From: an uncultured Gemmatimonadaceae bacterium
Lineage (GTDB): Bacteria; Gemmatimonadota; Gemmatimonadetes; Gemmatimonadales; Gemmatimonadaceae
NCBI GenBank assembly: GCA_963781585.1
Contig: CAWAGQ010000007.1
Coordinates: 386,253-450,252 of the forward strand
Length of the DNA stretch: 64,000 nucleotides
Reading direction: 5' to 3'
Positions 1 to 9,550 of the stretch are shown here, one piece after another. Below the pieces are notes generated by a model. It made no database searches, was not told the DNA's origin, and saw only the letters and a list, made by a program, of their open reading frames with translations. Within the stretch, counting starts at the first letter, position 1, and each line of letters starts with the position of its first letter. A program made the position numbers and the translations under genes.

Positions 1-1
1 C

Positions 2-253
2 CCGTGGGATCTTGCCGTGGAGGGTTACCGCGAGCGCGTGGTGCAGGAGAGAATCGTGCAGGCGGCGCCCGAAGCGGGCGCCGAGCCCGAGCGATTCCGG
101 CGGCTCGCGATCAAGGCGTATCGATCGGAGCGGATCTCTCGCGCGCGGCTGGCCGAGCTCCTGGGCATCGCCGCAACGGAGGTGGATGAGACGCTCAGCC
201 GTCATGGCGCTGGAGGAACGGATCGTGGCTTCAGGGTCACACTGCCTCGTTGA
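2..253 (+). CDS. UPF0175-like antitoxin, 5' end probably outside the window
   Basis: The frame is open from base 2. The C-terminal stretch RRLAIKAYRSERISRARLAELLGIAATEVDETLSRHG resembles the UPF0175 (COG2886) helix-turn-helix-like tail, recalled from memory. It overlaps the next ORF as in toxin-antitoxin pairs. Confidence 0.4.
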   Translation, partial: PWDLAVEGYRERVVQERIVQAAPEAGAEPERFRRLAIKAYRSERISRARLAELLGIAATEVDETLSRHGAGGTDRGFRVTLPR

Positions 254-629
254 CGCATTGGTGCTGGCGGCGGGTGTGCGGAACGGTTTCCTCGAACGCT
301 GGTGCGGGGAACGCCGGATTGCGGTGGGGGAGCTTACGTGCAAGGCGATGCGGGAGTGGTACGCTGCGCACGGATCGCCGACAGCGATCGACGTGGGCGC
401 GCTGGTGGCGGACGGACGAATCGCGGTGATAGGGGCGACGGCGCGAGAGCTGGCGGACGTGGTGCGGTGGGTGGGCGATCGCAGGTTGTCGCGCGCGGAG
501 TTGGAGATGGTGGCGATCGTGCTGGCGGGGCGGGCGCGGATATGTACTATGGATGGCATGGTACGGCGGGTGATGAGGGAGTTGGGGATCGATGATCGGT
601 GTGTGGGGGTGGAGGAGCTGGTGTCGTGA
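204..629 (+). CDS. Putative PIN-like (DUF3368-type) toxin partner; weak assignment
   Basis: ATG at 204 lies in the long frame of track ORF 12..629. The assignment rests on position immediately after and overlapping a UPF0175-like ORF. No catalytic motif was recognised with certainty. Confidence 0.3.
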   Translation: MALEERIVASGSHCLVDALVLAAGVRNGFLERWCGERRIAVGELTCKAMREWYAAHGSPTAIDVGALVADGRIAVIGATARELADVVRWVGDRRLSRAELEMVAIVLAGRARICTMDGMVRRVMRELGIDDRCVGVEELVS

Positions 630-632
630 ACG

Positions 633-809
633 CGATTGGCCAACGGGCAGGGAAAACCACGGGGTGACGCATGGCTGCCGGGCGATCTGGCCGTGAGCTA
701 AGACATCGTCGTGGTCACGGCGGACGAGATCGCGCAGCGCGCGTATCCGGGTGGCAGCGTGCTGCCGCCGACGCTGCGTGAGGGCACCGTCCTCTATGAA
801 CAAGGCTGA
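633..809 (+). pseudogene. Remnant of a minimal nucleotidyltransferase-type gene (C-terminal about 55 codons, in-frame stop)
   Basis: The frame reads ..GDAWLPGDLAVS*DIVVVTADEIAQRAYPGGSVLPPTLREGTVLYEQG*. The D-hydrophobic-VV..(T)..E...REG.VLYE tail is typical of MNT-type nucleotidyltransferase C-termini. It is interrupted by TAA at 699-701 and has no N-terminal part. Confidence 0.25.
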
Positions 810-984
810 TCTGTTCGACGCGCTACCCTGGGGACTGACGGGAGGCAGATCCGAGCGATGCACCGGGCGCCTGCGCGCAAGTCCAAGGCGTGTATGAGGG
901 CGCGGTGGCCGACCGGCCACGCACGATGTTCAGGTGAACGAATCATAGGCACCTCATGCCACTCGCAATGACGGTTCACTCAAG

Positions 985-1620
985 ATGACGGCTATTGACC
1001 TGGTGTTTCCGGTATTCGGAATCACGATCGGGCGCGATCACGGCTACGATCTGTACGGCGCGCTCTCGCGACATCTTCCAGGGCTGCACAGGGCGAAAGA
1101 CGTCGGCATTTTCGCGATTAGAGGAACGCCAACTGGTGACGGAGCCCTCAACGTCGGCAGCCGATCCGGGCTTCGCATCCGCCTCCCGGCCGAGCGACTT
1201 CCGATGCTGCTGCCCATCGCCGGGAGGGTAATCGATGTGGGAGGGCATCCCCTTCGTGTTGGGGTGCCACGAGTGCAAGCGCTGGTTCCGGCACCGACGT
1301 TGGCGTCGCCACTCGTGTTGATCAAGCTGGCGCATCCGAGCGATCGAGGCGTGACACCCGATCTCTTCCTCGCCGCGGCGCGGAGACAGCTCGATGCGCT
1401 TGGTGTTGCGGGCGAACCTGTCATCCCGCTCTTGAGAAGTGGCGCTCACGCTGGTCAGCCGCGGCGACGCGTGATCCGCGTGAAGGATCAGACGCACGCT
1501 GGCTATGCCATGATCGTGGAAGGTCTGAGCGCCGATGACTCAATTCGACTTCAAGAAGCGGGGCTGGGAGGGCGCCGGTTGATGGGCTGTGGTTTGTTCG
1601 GACCTGAGCGCGAAGCTTAA
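985..1620 (+). CDS. cas6: CRISPR-associated endoribonuclease Cas6 (Cmx6-like, I-MYXAN-type)
   Basis: 211-aa ORF overlapping cas3 by 1 nt (TAATG). The N-terminus DLVFPV..G..DHGYDLYGALS and the C-terminus LQEAGLGGRRLMGCGLF match my recollection of the Cas6/Cmx6 family. It is the first gene of the cas operon. Confidence 0.8.
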   Translation: MTAIDLVFPVFGITIGRDHGYDLYGALSRHLPGLHRAKDVGIFAIRGTPTGDGALNVGSRSGLRIRLPAERLPMLLPIAGRVIDVGGHPLRVGVPRVQALVPAPTLASPLVLIKLAHPSDRGVTPDLFLAAARRQLDALGVAGEPVIPLLRSGAHAGQPRRRVIRVKDQTHAGYAMIVEGLSADDSIRLQEAGLGGRRLMGCGLFGPEREA

Positions 1621-3998
1621 TGACGCCGAACCTGATGGCGAAGTCGTCGCACAAGGGCCGCCCCGGCCGCACGCTCGTGGAGCACACGTGCGATGTGGTT
1701 GCCTCATTCATCGCGCTATTTGGAACGGCGGAAAGACCGACGCGGCTGGCGTGCCGCTGGGCTGCCTTCTTTCGGCTCGACGGTCCGAATGCCTTCCTGC
1801 GAAATGGACTGGCGGCCGCATGCGCTCACGATTTGGGCAAGGCGAACGACGGCTTTCAGAGAGCCCTTGAAGGCAGCGGCAAGCAGCTTCTCCGTCATGA
1901 GCACCTCAGCGCGATGCTCCTGCACCTGCCGGCTGTGCATGATTGGTTGCGTGCGCGCGCCGATCTCGACCACGACGTAATTCTGTCGGCTGTCGTGACG
2001 CACCATCTCAAGGCTTCACTCGACAGCGTTGGACAAGTCCAAGGAGAATTCGACTCGATTATTGATGTTAGCTGCGGGCATGAGGACTTCCGCCAGTTGC
2101 TCGAGCAGACTGCAAACGATCTTCGAATCGGCCTGCCCGTCCCGAGCGGGCTTCCCGTGCTCTGGTGCTTCGAGCCACAACCGGGAGACTTCGATGCCGG
2201 CGCCCATTTGCGGAGTTTGAAAAGGCGGCTCGGCGACTTTGATGACGATTTGGTAGGCGACGAGCCACGTCGGCGACTGCTCTGGGCTGTTAGAGCGGCC
2301 CTAATCGCCGCCGACTCGGCGGGATCGGGTTTGGTGCGCGAGAACATTCCCATTGCCACATGGATCTCGGATGCATTCGACCCACAGCAACTCCTCGACG
2401 GTGATTCGATCCGCGAGAAAGTGATTTGCCCACGCGTTGAGGACCTGAAGGCAAAGCGTCGCTGGAAGGACTGGCAGGACTTCCAGCTGGCCTGCGACCA
2501 CTTGGGCGACCGCGCCCTCATCCTGGCGCCCTGCGGGAGCGGCAAGACGCTGGCTGCATGGCGGTGGATTGCCGGCCGCCTGGATGCGAATCCCGCCGCC
2601 AGAGTCATCTTCCTGTACCCAACGCGCGGCACAGCGACCGAAGGCTTTAGAGATTACGTATCATGGGCTCCGGAGGCGGACGCTGCTCTTGTTCACGGCA
2701 CATCGACGTACGACCTGGACGGCCTGTTCGCGGATGCAGACGACGATGACCCGAGAAGCGAAAAGTCTTTCGAATCGCGCGCCCGACTTTTCGCGCTCAA
2801 GCAGTGGCCGAAGCGCATCTTCTCCGCTACGGTCGACCAGTTCCTCGCTTTCCTCCAATATGGGTACGGCCCGATTTGCCACCTGCCGCTACTTGCGGAC
2901 GCCGTGGTGGTGGTCGACGAGGTCCATAGCTTCGACCGCGGCATGTTCTCGTCCCTTCTGGATTTCCTCAAGACCTTCGACGTGCCCGTCTTATGCATGA
3001 CGGCCACATTGCCAATCGATCGGCGCGCGAAATTGGAGGCATGCGGGCTGGAGGTCTACCCGCGCGAAATACCACCCGCGCTCCTGCGAAGCGCCAGCTA
3101 TCCACGGTACGCTGTGCGACTTGGCGAGTCGGTTGCAGTGGCCAAGGAGTTTGTGCGCGCTGCTGTGCGCGACAGGCAGCGCGTACTCTGGGTTGTTAAC
3201 ACCGTCGCACGCGCTCAAGCCCTGGCGCGCGAGTTCGCCGTGGACGCGTCTTCGACCGTCCTTGAGGTGGAGCCCGGGATGCCGCTGTTCTGTTATCACA
3301 GCCGATTCAGGCTGGAGGATCGCAAGCGACAGCACCAATCGGTTATCGATGCGTTCAAGCTCACTCGTGCTGTTGGCGCGACCCATGGAGCTCTCGCTAT
3401 CGCCACACAGGTGTGCGAGATGAGCCTTGACCTCGACGCGGACGTGGTGGTCACCGAGGAAGCACCGGTCACGTCGCTCATTCAGAGGATGGGACGCGGT
3501 TGTCGTGAGTCTCTTCCCAGTAATGACCGATTCGCGAAGGTGTTGATCTATCCCGCGGAAGATGAGAAGCCGTACAGGCCCGAGCAGCTTCACGGTGTAT
3601 CAGCCTTTAGCGAGCGTGTCTCGACGCCTGAACGCGTGTCGCAGATGGACCTGGAAGCAGCGCTGGGCGAAGCACCGCAGCCGGCCGAGTTGCCGAAGGC
3701 TTGTCGATTCCTCGACAGCGGCCCATGGGCGGCTACAGGAGAGGACAGCTTCCGCGAGACGGACGGGTTCACCCGTCAGGCGCTGCTGCCGGAGGATGTT
3801 GAGGAGTTCGCGCGTCTCCGTCGCCGGCGTGACGAGGCCTGGAGGGCAGACGGGCTCGTTCTGCCGGTGCCTGTCTATCTGGCCAAAGGAAGGGACGATC
3901 GCCTGCCGACATATTTGCGCGTCGCAGAGGGAGGATTCTACCGATGCGCACTGGGCTATCTCGACGAACGCCCACCTGTTGCGGCGAGGATCGTCTGA
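1620..3998 (+). CDS. cas3: Cas3 HD nuclease/helicase fusion
   Basis: N-terminal HD motifs (CAHDLGKANDGFQ, LRHEHLS). SF2 helicase motifs are present: Walker A LAPCGSGKT, DExH-like VVVDEVHSFD and MTATLP. Length is 792 aa. Confidence 0.95.
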   Translation: MTPNLMAKSSHKGRPGRTLVEHTCDVVASFIALFGTAERPTRLACRWAAFFRLDGPNAFLRNGLAAACAHDLGKANDGFQRALEGSGKQLLRHEHLSAMLLHLPAVHDWLRARADLDHDVILSAVVTHHLKASLDSVGQVQGEFDSIIDVSCGHEDFRQLLEQTANDLRIGLPVPSGLPVLWCFEPQPGDFDAGAHLRSLKRRLGDFDDDLVGDEPRRRLLWAVRAALIAADSAGSGLVRENIPIATWISDAFDPQQLLDGDSIREKVICPRVEDLKAKRRWKDWQDFQLACDHLGDRALILAPCGSGKTLAAWRWIAGRLDANPAARVIFLYPTRGTATEGFRDYVSWAPEADAALVHGTSTYDLDGLFADADDDDPRSEKSFESRARLFALKQWPKRIFSATVDQFLAFLQYGYGPICHLPLLADAVVVVDEVHSFDRGMFSSLLDFLKTFDVPVLCMTATLPIDRRAKLEACGLEVYPREIPPALLRSASYPRYAVRLGESVAVAKEFVRAAVRDRQRVLWVVNTVARAQALAREFAVDASSTVLEVEPGMPLFCYHSRFRLEDRKRQHQSVIDAFKLTRAVGATHGALAIATQVCEMSLDLDADVVVTEEAPVTSLIQRMGRGCRESLPSNDRFAKVLIYPAEDEKPYRPEQLHGVSAFSERVSTPERVSQMDLEAALGEAPQPAELPKACRFLDSGPWAATGEDSFRETDGFTRQALLPEDVEEFARLRRRRDEAWRADGLVLPVPVYLAKGRDDRLPTYLRVAEGGFYRCALGYLDERPPVAARIV

Positions 3999-3999
3999 T

Positions 4000-5778
4000 A
4001 TGGCCAAGACCAAGAGGGCGGCGGACAAACCGACGTTCGTGAAGGTTCGTTACGATCTGCTCGATCTGCCGACCGCGCAGCACAGGGCGGGGCTGGCCGG
4101 ACTCGTGTTGCAAGTCGAGTCAATGAAGGAACGTGGGCTCGCTTCTGAATCGGTTCCACACCTCGAAATGATTGGAGCGAGCGCGGTCGCAGCAACGTTT
4201 ACTAAAGCATCTCTATGCGGACTGTTTGACGATCTGTACGACGCCAAGCCGGCGTTGGTGGAATCAGCGTCAAAGTGGTCCGGTGCCACGATTGTCGACG
4301 AGCGAGTACGGCCGGACCCGAAGACGGGCAAGACAAAGAAGGTTTTCGTATACAAGGTTGTTCAACCGCAGGGTCACTTTTTTCGGCGATACACCGACGA
4401 TGGAAAGGAGATCTGGCGCAAGCTCTGGCGGGACATGCTCTGGGCTATTCCACGCGGCAAGCCCACCACGCGTGGCCCATTCAACAACCGTGCGGCGGGG
4501 AAGTCATCCGGTGAAGGAGAATCCTTCTGGGTTAAGCTGCTGGCAATGGACAAGGCGCAAGGCAAAGGCCAGATCCCCACATGCGAGCTCGCCGGGGCGC
4601 TCCTTCTTGGTGCGCAAGCGGTCAACGCCGAAACCGTTCCGTTTCGCGACCGGGTAGACCATGCCCTGCTGTTGCACTTTTGGCAGCTCACGGCACGTAC
4701 CTTCGTGCCCGAGCAGGTTGACTCAGACGGCAAGCGTGAGTTTGCCGGGTACGTGCTCGCTATCCCGGACGTGACGGATCTTTCGCAATTCTGCCGCCGC
4801 TACAAGCGCGCCCTAGGCGCGCTGACCGATCGCGCAAGTGGCTACCGTCCGGCCGACGCAGTGATCTCACTACCGGCCGAAGGCGCTCTCGAGTTCATGG
4901 ACGGGTTGGCGCGCCTCGCTGGAGAGGCCACATCCGTCGAGCGCAGTGACGTGGCCCGCGCCCTCACGGGCGTTGAGTTCTTCCACATGATTAAGACCGG
5001 CAACAACGTCAAGACAATGACGCACGGCCGTATCTCACCTACGCCTGCCTTGCTGACGGAGTACGAGGCTATAACGCGCACGTCCCGAAATCCGATGTTC
5101 CGCACTGCTCGCCTGCTGGCGATGCTACATGGCCAACCTTGGTATTCAGAATGTGGCACACTTATGGCTGAGCGGCCGTGGCCCTTGTTTGTGCGGTCGG
5201 AAGATACGCCGCGCACTCTCCCTTCATTCGCCTGGGATGCCACGCGAAAGTTTCAAGCATCCCTTCAGAATGAGCAAACACGAAAGGTACACGCTATGAA
5301 GACCGGATCACCCGCTCCACTCACCCGTCTCGAGACGCTGGTCTACCGTCTCGTCCGCACCTACGTTCGAGCCAAGACCGAGCAGAGGAGCGGCATCAGC
5401 TACACGGACTTCAAAGACAAGAAGGTGACAGATGACAAGGGCCGGGTGCGCACCGACTACCCTCGGCCCTACACGGAAGCTCAGGAGAAAATCTGTTCGG
5501 ACCTCTTCCTCGGCCTGCGCTCGCGGCGTGACGATGACTTCGTGAGCTACTTCACCGGCACCATCGGCTCCGTCGCCCAGGGGCCGAACCTCTCGGACGA
5601 AGCGGGTTTCCGAGTCATCGCCGAAGCGCTCTTAAATGATGATGACGAGAGTCCCGAGAAGAGCACGTGGCGCGACGTACAGACGTTGGCAATGCTCGCG
5701 GTGTCCGCCGCGTCGTACGCCTCGACGCGCGCGGAAGACGATGAGGACACCACTACTACGGAAGAGGTCACTCGATGA
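4000..5778 (+). CDS. Cas8-type large subunit (Cmx8/DevT-like)
   Basis: ATG at 4000 lies 2 nt after the cas3 stop; the upstream part of track ORF 3562..5778 overlaps cas3 and was discarded. Length is 592 aa. The assignment rests on position between cas3 and cas7 and on size, with no motif-level proof. Confidence 0.7.
   Translation: MAKTKRAADKPTFVKVRYDLLDLPTAQHRAGLAGLVLQVESMKERGLASESVPHLEMIGASAVAATFTKASLCGLFDDLYDAKPALVESASKWSGATIVDERVRPDPKTGKTKKVFVYKVVQPQGHFFRRYTDDGKEIWRKLWRDMLWAIPRGKPTTRGPFNNRAAGKSSGEGESFWVKLLAMDKAQGKGQIPTCELAGALLLGAQAVNAETVPFRDRVDHALLLHFWQLTARTFVPEQVDSDGKREFAGYVLAIPDVTDLSQFCRRYKRALGALTDRASGYRPADAVISLPAEGALEFMDGLARLAGEATSVERSDVARALTGVEFFHMIKTGNNVKTMTHGRISPTPALLTEYEAITRTSRNPMFRTARLLAMLHGQPWYSECGTLMAERPWPLFVRSEDTPRTLPSFAWDATRKFQASLQNEQTRKVHAMKTGSPAPLTRLETLVYRLVRTYVRAKTEQRSGISYTDFKDKKVTDDKGRVRTDYPRPYTEAQEKICSDLFLGLRSRRDDDFVSYFTGTIGSVAQGPNLSDEAGFRVIAEALLNDDDESPEKSTWRDVQTLAMLAVSAASYASTRAEDDEDTTTTEEVTR
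5296..5778 (+). CDS. Candidate internally translated small subunit (Cas11-like) nested in the 3' end of cas8
   Basis: An in-frame ATG at 5296 is preceded by GAAAGG (5282-5287), an 8-nt spacing. It would give a 160-aa product (MKTGSPAPLTRLETLVYRLVRTYVRAK...). No separate cas11 gene exists in the locus. Confidence 0.35.
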   Translation: MKTGSPAPLTRLETLVYRLVRTYVRAKTEQRSGISYTDFKDKKVTDDKGRVRTDYPRPYTEAQEKICSDLFLGLRSRRDDDFVSYFTGTIGSVAQGPNLSDEAGFRVIAEALLNDDDESPEKSTWRDVQTLAMLAVSAASYASTRAEDDEDTTTTEEVTR

Positions 5779-6719
5779 ATCTGTTCGCGACAGTTCTCAC
5801 CTATCCCGCACCCTCCGCCAACTATCGTGGCGAAAGTGAACTGAACAGGACGGTCATCCAAAAGGTGACCGACGGCCGTTTCGACTATCCGATCATCTCA
5901 CCAGAAGCGATGCGCAACGCGCTCCGGGAGATTCTCAGCGGCTATGGGCTGAAGATGAATCGCACACGTCTACACGACGAGGAGCAACTGGCCGTGCGGT
6001 TCGAAGCCTACCCAGATCCGGCCACGTACGCCGACGATTTCCTCTTCGGCTATCTCGTTGCCGCCACCGGTGCTCAACGAAAGCAAATCCTCGAGGAGAT
6101 GAAGAAGACGAACCGGAACGGATTCACTTTCAAGCGCGACAGTATTCTCCGGATGAACCTGGCCAAGGGCTTGGAACCTTATCGCCACAACGCCGTGTTC
6201 ACGCAGTCGCCGCTCAGCGTCGAGAGCAGCGCGTACCAAAACGCGACGACGTCCGCGCTTCTACACCGAGAGACGGCAGTTACCGCTTTTCAGTATCCCT
6301 TCGCGCTCAACATCAACGACTGCAAGACCAAGTCCGACTGGGCAAAGAAGCTGTTGAAGGCCATCGGGGAGCTGAACGGCGTCGCGGGCAACCACGCCCG
6401 CAGCTACTTCGAGATGGCGCCCGCGAGCATCATCGTTCGGTTCACCGATCAACTTGTGGCCGGATACAACACCTATGGATTTCAGGTCGAGCGCAAAAGC
6501 GGCGTGCCGGAGGATACACACCGCTTGCCGGAAATCGTCGACGAGCTGCTCCGAGATGACTCGATCTTCCCCGGCGATGAGTTCTACATCGGCGGAATGA
6601 TTGTTCGACAAATGCGCAACGATGATCAGGAAAGACTCAAATCGAAGGGTGTGACACTCGATCGCGATCCGCGCCGACTGCTCGCGACCGTAGCCGAAGC
6701 GGCCCTCGGCGGCTCATAA
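5775..6719 (+). CDS. cas7: Cas7 backbone subunit (DevR/Csh2-like)
   Basis: ATGA overlap with cas8. The N-terminus is LTYPAPSANYRGESELNRTVIQK..ISPEAMRNALRE, and size (314 aa) and position are typical of type I-B/MYXAN Cas7. Confidence 0.88.
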   Translation: MNLFATVLTYPAPSANYRGESELNRTVIQKVTDGRFDYPIISPEAMRNALREILSGYGLKMNRTRLHDEEQLAVRFEAYPDPATYADDFLFGYLVAATGAQRKQILEEMKKTNRNGFTFKRDSILRMNLAKGLEPYRHNAVFTQSPLSVESSAYQNATTSALLHRETAVTAFQYPFALNINDCKTKSDWAKKLLKAIGELNGVAGNHARSYFEMAPASIIVRFTDQLVAGYNTYGFQVERKSGVPEDTHRLPEIVDELLRDDSIFPGDEFYIGGMIVRQMRNDDQERLKSKGVTLDRDPRRLLATVAEAALGGS

Positions 6720-7444
6720 TGCTTCAGCTCTGCGTGGAGGCTCCGTTCGCCGCCTTTCGGACGTTCACCGCCGGCTGGTACCGGCCGACGGCCTCGTTCA
6801 TCACGCCGTCGGCTGCGTACGGCTTGCTTCTCAATATCGCTGGTATCGAGTCGCGCCTTTGCGAGCACGATCCTGGCCACGGTGGACGCATGCCGGCCAG
6901 CCTCACTAGGCCTGGCCTTCCCTCATGTCGGATTGCCGTCGGTCTACCGGAGGGCGCGGAGCCACCTCGCACTCAATCGCTCTTCCAGCAGCTGCACAAT
7001 TATCCCGTTGGAACCCAAGCCGGGATGCCCTGGGAGATCTCCAAGGGGTCCAAGAACAACGTCACCCCGGTCCGCCGAGAGGTGCTCGTGAACCTGCGCG
7101 CAGTTCTCGCCGTCGATGCACCCCCCGACGGAGACCTCGAGAGCCGGATCATTCGCGGCCTACGGGGCGAGCTCAATGACGACCGATATGGACTGCCATT
7201 CGTCGGCGACAACAACTTTCTCATTGACCAGCTACGAGTCATCGGCGTAGCGCGCCCGGTCAGATGGTACGCGCGAATCGAGTCTACTGACCGACAGGGC
7301 CCGCGACCCGGGGTCACGCGACTCACAACGCATGTCGACCGGGCCGATATGTCTGGTACTCGCTCCGCATTGTACGCGCCCGTCGAGCAGGTCACCATCG
7401 AACCGCCTGACGCCGCATGGACGCAAGTCGGACCCGCGGCATGA
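6719..7444 (+). CDS. cas5: Cas5 (DevS-like)
   Basis: TAATG overlap with cas7. The N-terminal motif LCVEAPFAAFRTFTAGWYRPT..ITPSAAYGLLLNIAG is the classic Cas5 N-terminal signature. Confidence 0.85.
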   Translation: MLQLCVEAPFAAFRTFTAGWYRPTASFITPSAAYGLLLNIAGIESRLCEHDPGHGGRMPASLTRPGLPSCRIAVGLPEGAEPPRTQSLFQQLHNYPVGTQAGMPWEISKGSKNNVTPVRREVLVNLRAVLAVDAPPDGDLESRIIRGLRGELNDDRYGLPFVGDNNFLIDQLRVIGVARPVRWYARIESTDRQGPRPGVTRLTTHVDRADMSGTRSALYAPVEQVTIEPPDAAWTQVGPAA

Positions 7445-7497
7445 TCCCGAGATGAGGGCCGCCGAGCTCCGGGTGCTGATCACATCTGAGTTCTCAC

Positions 7498-9153
7498 ATG
7501 CCTGAACGGCTGCCGACGATGGAGGAGCCCATCCGGGTGATGGCGCTCCACGCACTCCTCTACTGTGAGCGTCTGTTCTATCTCGAGGAGGTCGAAGAGA
7601 TTCGCGTGGCCGACGCTGCCGTATACGCAGGCCGCGAGTTGCATGAGGCACTCGAGGCGGCGGAGGGAGAGAGCGTCGAATCGCTCGAGCTCCAGCACCC
7701 AACGCTCGGCCTCTTCGGCAAGATCGACGCGCTCAAACGGCGCGACGGCAGTTATGTGCCGTACGAGCACAAGCGCGGGCGCTGTCGTCGTGACGATGAC
7801 AACGTACCCTCGGCATGGCCATCCGATCTGGTTCAGGCGGCCGCGTACGGGATGATGCTGGAAGAAACGCTTGGCCGACCCGTGCCGGAAGCGCGAGTCC
7901 GGTATCATGCTGACAACGTCACCGTGCGTATCCCGCTCAACGAATATGCCCGCATGGAAGTCCGGACAGCCGTCGAGCGCGCGCGACTACTGCGGCGAAC
8001 TGTCGAACGCCCGCCGATCGCCGAGAACGAGAAGCTCTGTCGACGATGCTCGCTGGCGCCGGTGTGCTTGCCTGAAGAGGTTCGGCAGGATGCAGATCCG
8101 TCTCACCTGCCGGCGCGCCTCTTCCCGCCGGATGATCAGCGAGGAACGCTGCACGTTGTTTCCGAGGGAGCGAGCGTGGGCCGCTCGGGCGATCGCCTCG
8201 TCGTGCGGCCGCGCGATGGATCGGCGTCATCCCATCCCAGCCGAGAGCTGGCCGCCGTGGTGCTGCACAGCTTCGCGCAGATCAGCACGCAGGCCATCCG
8301 CCTGTGCTGCGACAACGACATCGCGGTACACTGGCTAACGGCGAGCGGCGGACACATCGCATCGCTCACCTCATCCGTTGGCCAGGTCCAGCGTCGTATT
8401 CGGCAGTACAAGGCCCTGGCCGACCCCGCCACTTGCCTGCGACTGGCGAGAACGCTCGCCCATGCGAGGATCGAGGGTCAGCACCGCTACTTGCTGCGCG
8501 CCACGCGCGGCAGCGCGGAGGCACGCGCGACTGTCGATCCGCAGCTCGTCGCGATCGCCGCTCGTCTCGGATCGCTCAATGCTGCATCCGACATCGACTC
8601 CGTACGCGGCCACGAAGGAGAGGCCGCGGTTCACTACTTCGCCTCGCTCAACACACTCCTGTCACCCACCGTGCCCGAGGCACTTCGGTACGCCGGCCGC
8701 ACGCGTCGACCGCCGCTGGATCGGTTCAGCGCCATCCTGAACTTCGGCTACGGACTGCTGCAGACAGCAGTTATGCGGGCTATCCTTGCCGTGGGGCTGG
8801 AGCCGGCGCTGGGATTCTATCACACACCTCGCTCTGCGGCGCACCCGCTGGTGCTGGACCTGATGGAGCTGTTCCGTGTCCCCCTCTGGGATTTGGTGAC
8901 GATCGGATCGCTAAATCGAGGGCAATGGGATCCTGATGAAGATTTCGCTGTTACGAAGACCAAGGTCTGGCTGTCGAACGAAGGCCGAAGGAAGGCGATC
9001 GAGCTCTTCGAGCTCCGTCTTCAGGAGACTTGGAAGCACCCGGTGGTCAATTACTCACTATCCTATCTGCGGACTATCGAGCTGGAGGCGCGGCTTCTGG
9101 AAAAGGAGTGGTCCGGCGAGCCGGGACTGTTCGCCAGGCTGCGTTTACGGTAG
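7498..9153 (+). CDS. cas4/cas1: Cas4-Cas1 fusion protein
   Basis: The N-terminal Cas4 part has LLYCERLFYLEE (first Cys), a D..YEHKRGR RecB-type motif and the CRRCSLAPVC cysteine cluster. The C-terminal Cas1 part has GHEGEAAVHYF, NFGYGLL and LGFYHTPRSAAHPLVLDLMELFR. Length is 551 aa. Confidence 0.95.
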   Translation: MPERLPTMEEPIRVMALHALLYCERLFYLEEVEEIRVADAAVYAGRELHEALEAAEGESVESLELQHPTLGLFGKIDALKRRDGSYVPYEHKRGRCRRDDDNVPSAWPSDLVQAAAYGMMLEETLGRPVPEARVRYHADNVTVRIPLNEYARMEVRTAVERARLLRRTVERPPIAENEKLCRRCSLAPVCLPEEVRQDADPSHLPARLFPPDDQRGTLHVVSEGASVGRSGDRLVVRPRDGSASSHPSRELAAVVLHSFAQISTQAIRLCCDNDIAVHWLTASGGHIASLTSSVGQVQRRIRQYKALADPATCLRLARTLAHARIEGQHRYLLRATRGSAEARATVDPQLVAIAARLGSLNAASDIDSVRGHEGEAAVHYFASLNTLLSPTVPEALRYAGRTRRPPLDRFSAILNFGYGLLQTAVMRAILAVGLEPALGFYHTPRSAAHPLVLDLMELFRVPLWDLVTIGSLNRGQWDPDEDFAVTKTKVWLSNEGRRKAIELFELRLQETWKHPVVNYSLSYLRTIELEARLLEKEWSGEPGLFARLRLR

Positions 9154-9247
9154 CGGCCGAGTGCGGGGCAGGGTTTTCGGCTGCCAGCGAGCCCCGTTCC
9201 CGAGTTTCTCGGCACTGACCAGCGGTGACCGCGAATAGGAGAACGCA

Positions 9248-9550
9248 ATGTCCGCTGACGCAAAATGGTATCTGGTGTGCTATGACGTCCGGAATCCGCG
9301 ACGCTTGCGTAAGGCGGCCAAGCATCTCGAGGGCTATGGTGAGCGGATGCAATATTCGGTGTTCAGGTGCTGGCTCGGTCGCGCACAGCTGGAGCGGCTT
9401 CGATGGGAGCTGACGCAGCTCCTGGCGTCAGAGGACGACGTCTTGTTCATCCCGCTTTGCTCCCGCTGTGTGGCCGGGCTCGCGGTCACGCACACGGCGA
9501 GCAAGCGCCCGCACTGGCCGACGGCGCCGGCGTCGCACAAGCTCGTTTGA
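9248..9550 (+). CDS. cas2: Cas2
   Basis: 100 aa with WYLVCYDV..NPRRLRKAAKHLEGYGERMQYSVFRC, a typical Cas2 beta1-alpha1-beta2 pattern. AGGAG lies upstream of the ATG. Confidence 0.9.
   Translation: MSADAKWYLVCYDVRNPRRLRKAAKHLEGYGERMQYSVFRCWLGRAQLERLRWELTQLLASEDDVLFIPLCSRCVAGLAVTHTASKRPHWPTAPASHKLV

Noticed and set aside
925-976. The inverted hexamers GTGAAC...GTTCAC upstream of cas6, considered as a possible operator.
   Set aside because: The arms are only 6 bp with a spacer of about 34 nt, which is easily expected by chance.
3562-3999. N-terminal extensions offered by the ORF track. They comprise 3562 for cas8, 16265 for the PD40 gene, 21094 for the NtrC gene and 50459..52462 for nosD. The same applies to 59103 for cytochrome b, 60215 for the nonaheme cytochrome and 57047..58684 for the amidohydrolase.
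   Set aside because: The extensions overlap the preceding well-supported gene. They encode Arg-rich nonsense. Internal starts give signal peptides, RBS sites or stop-start coupling.
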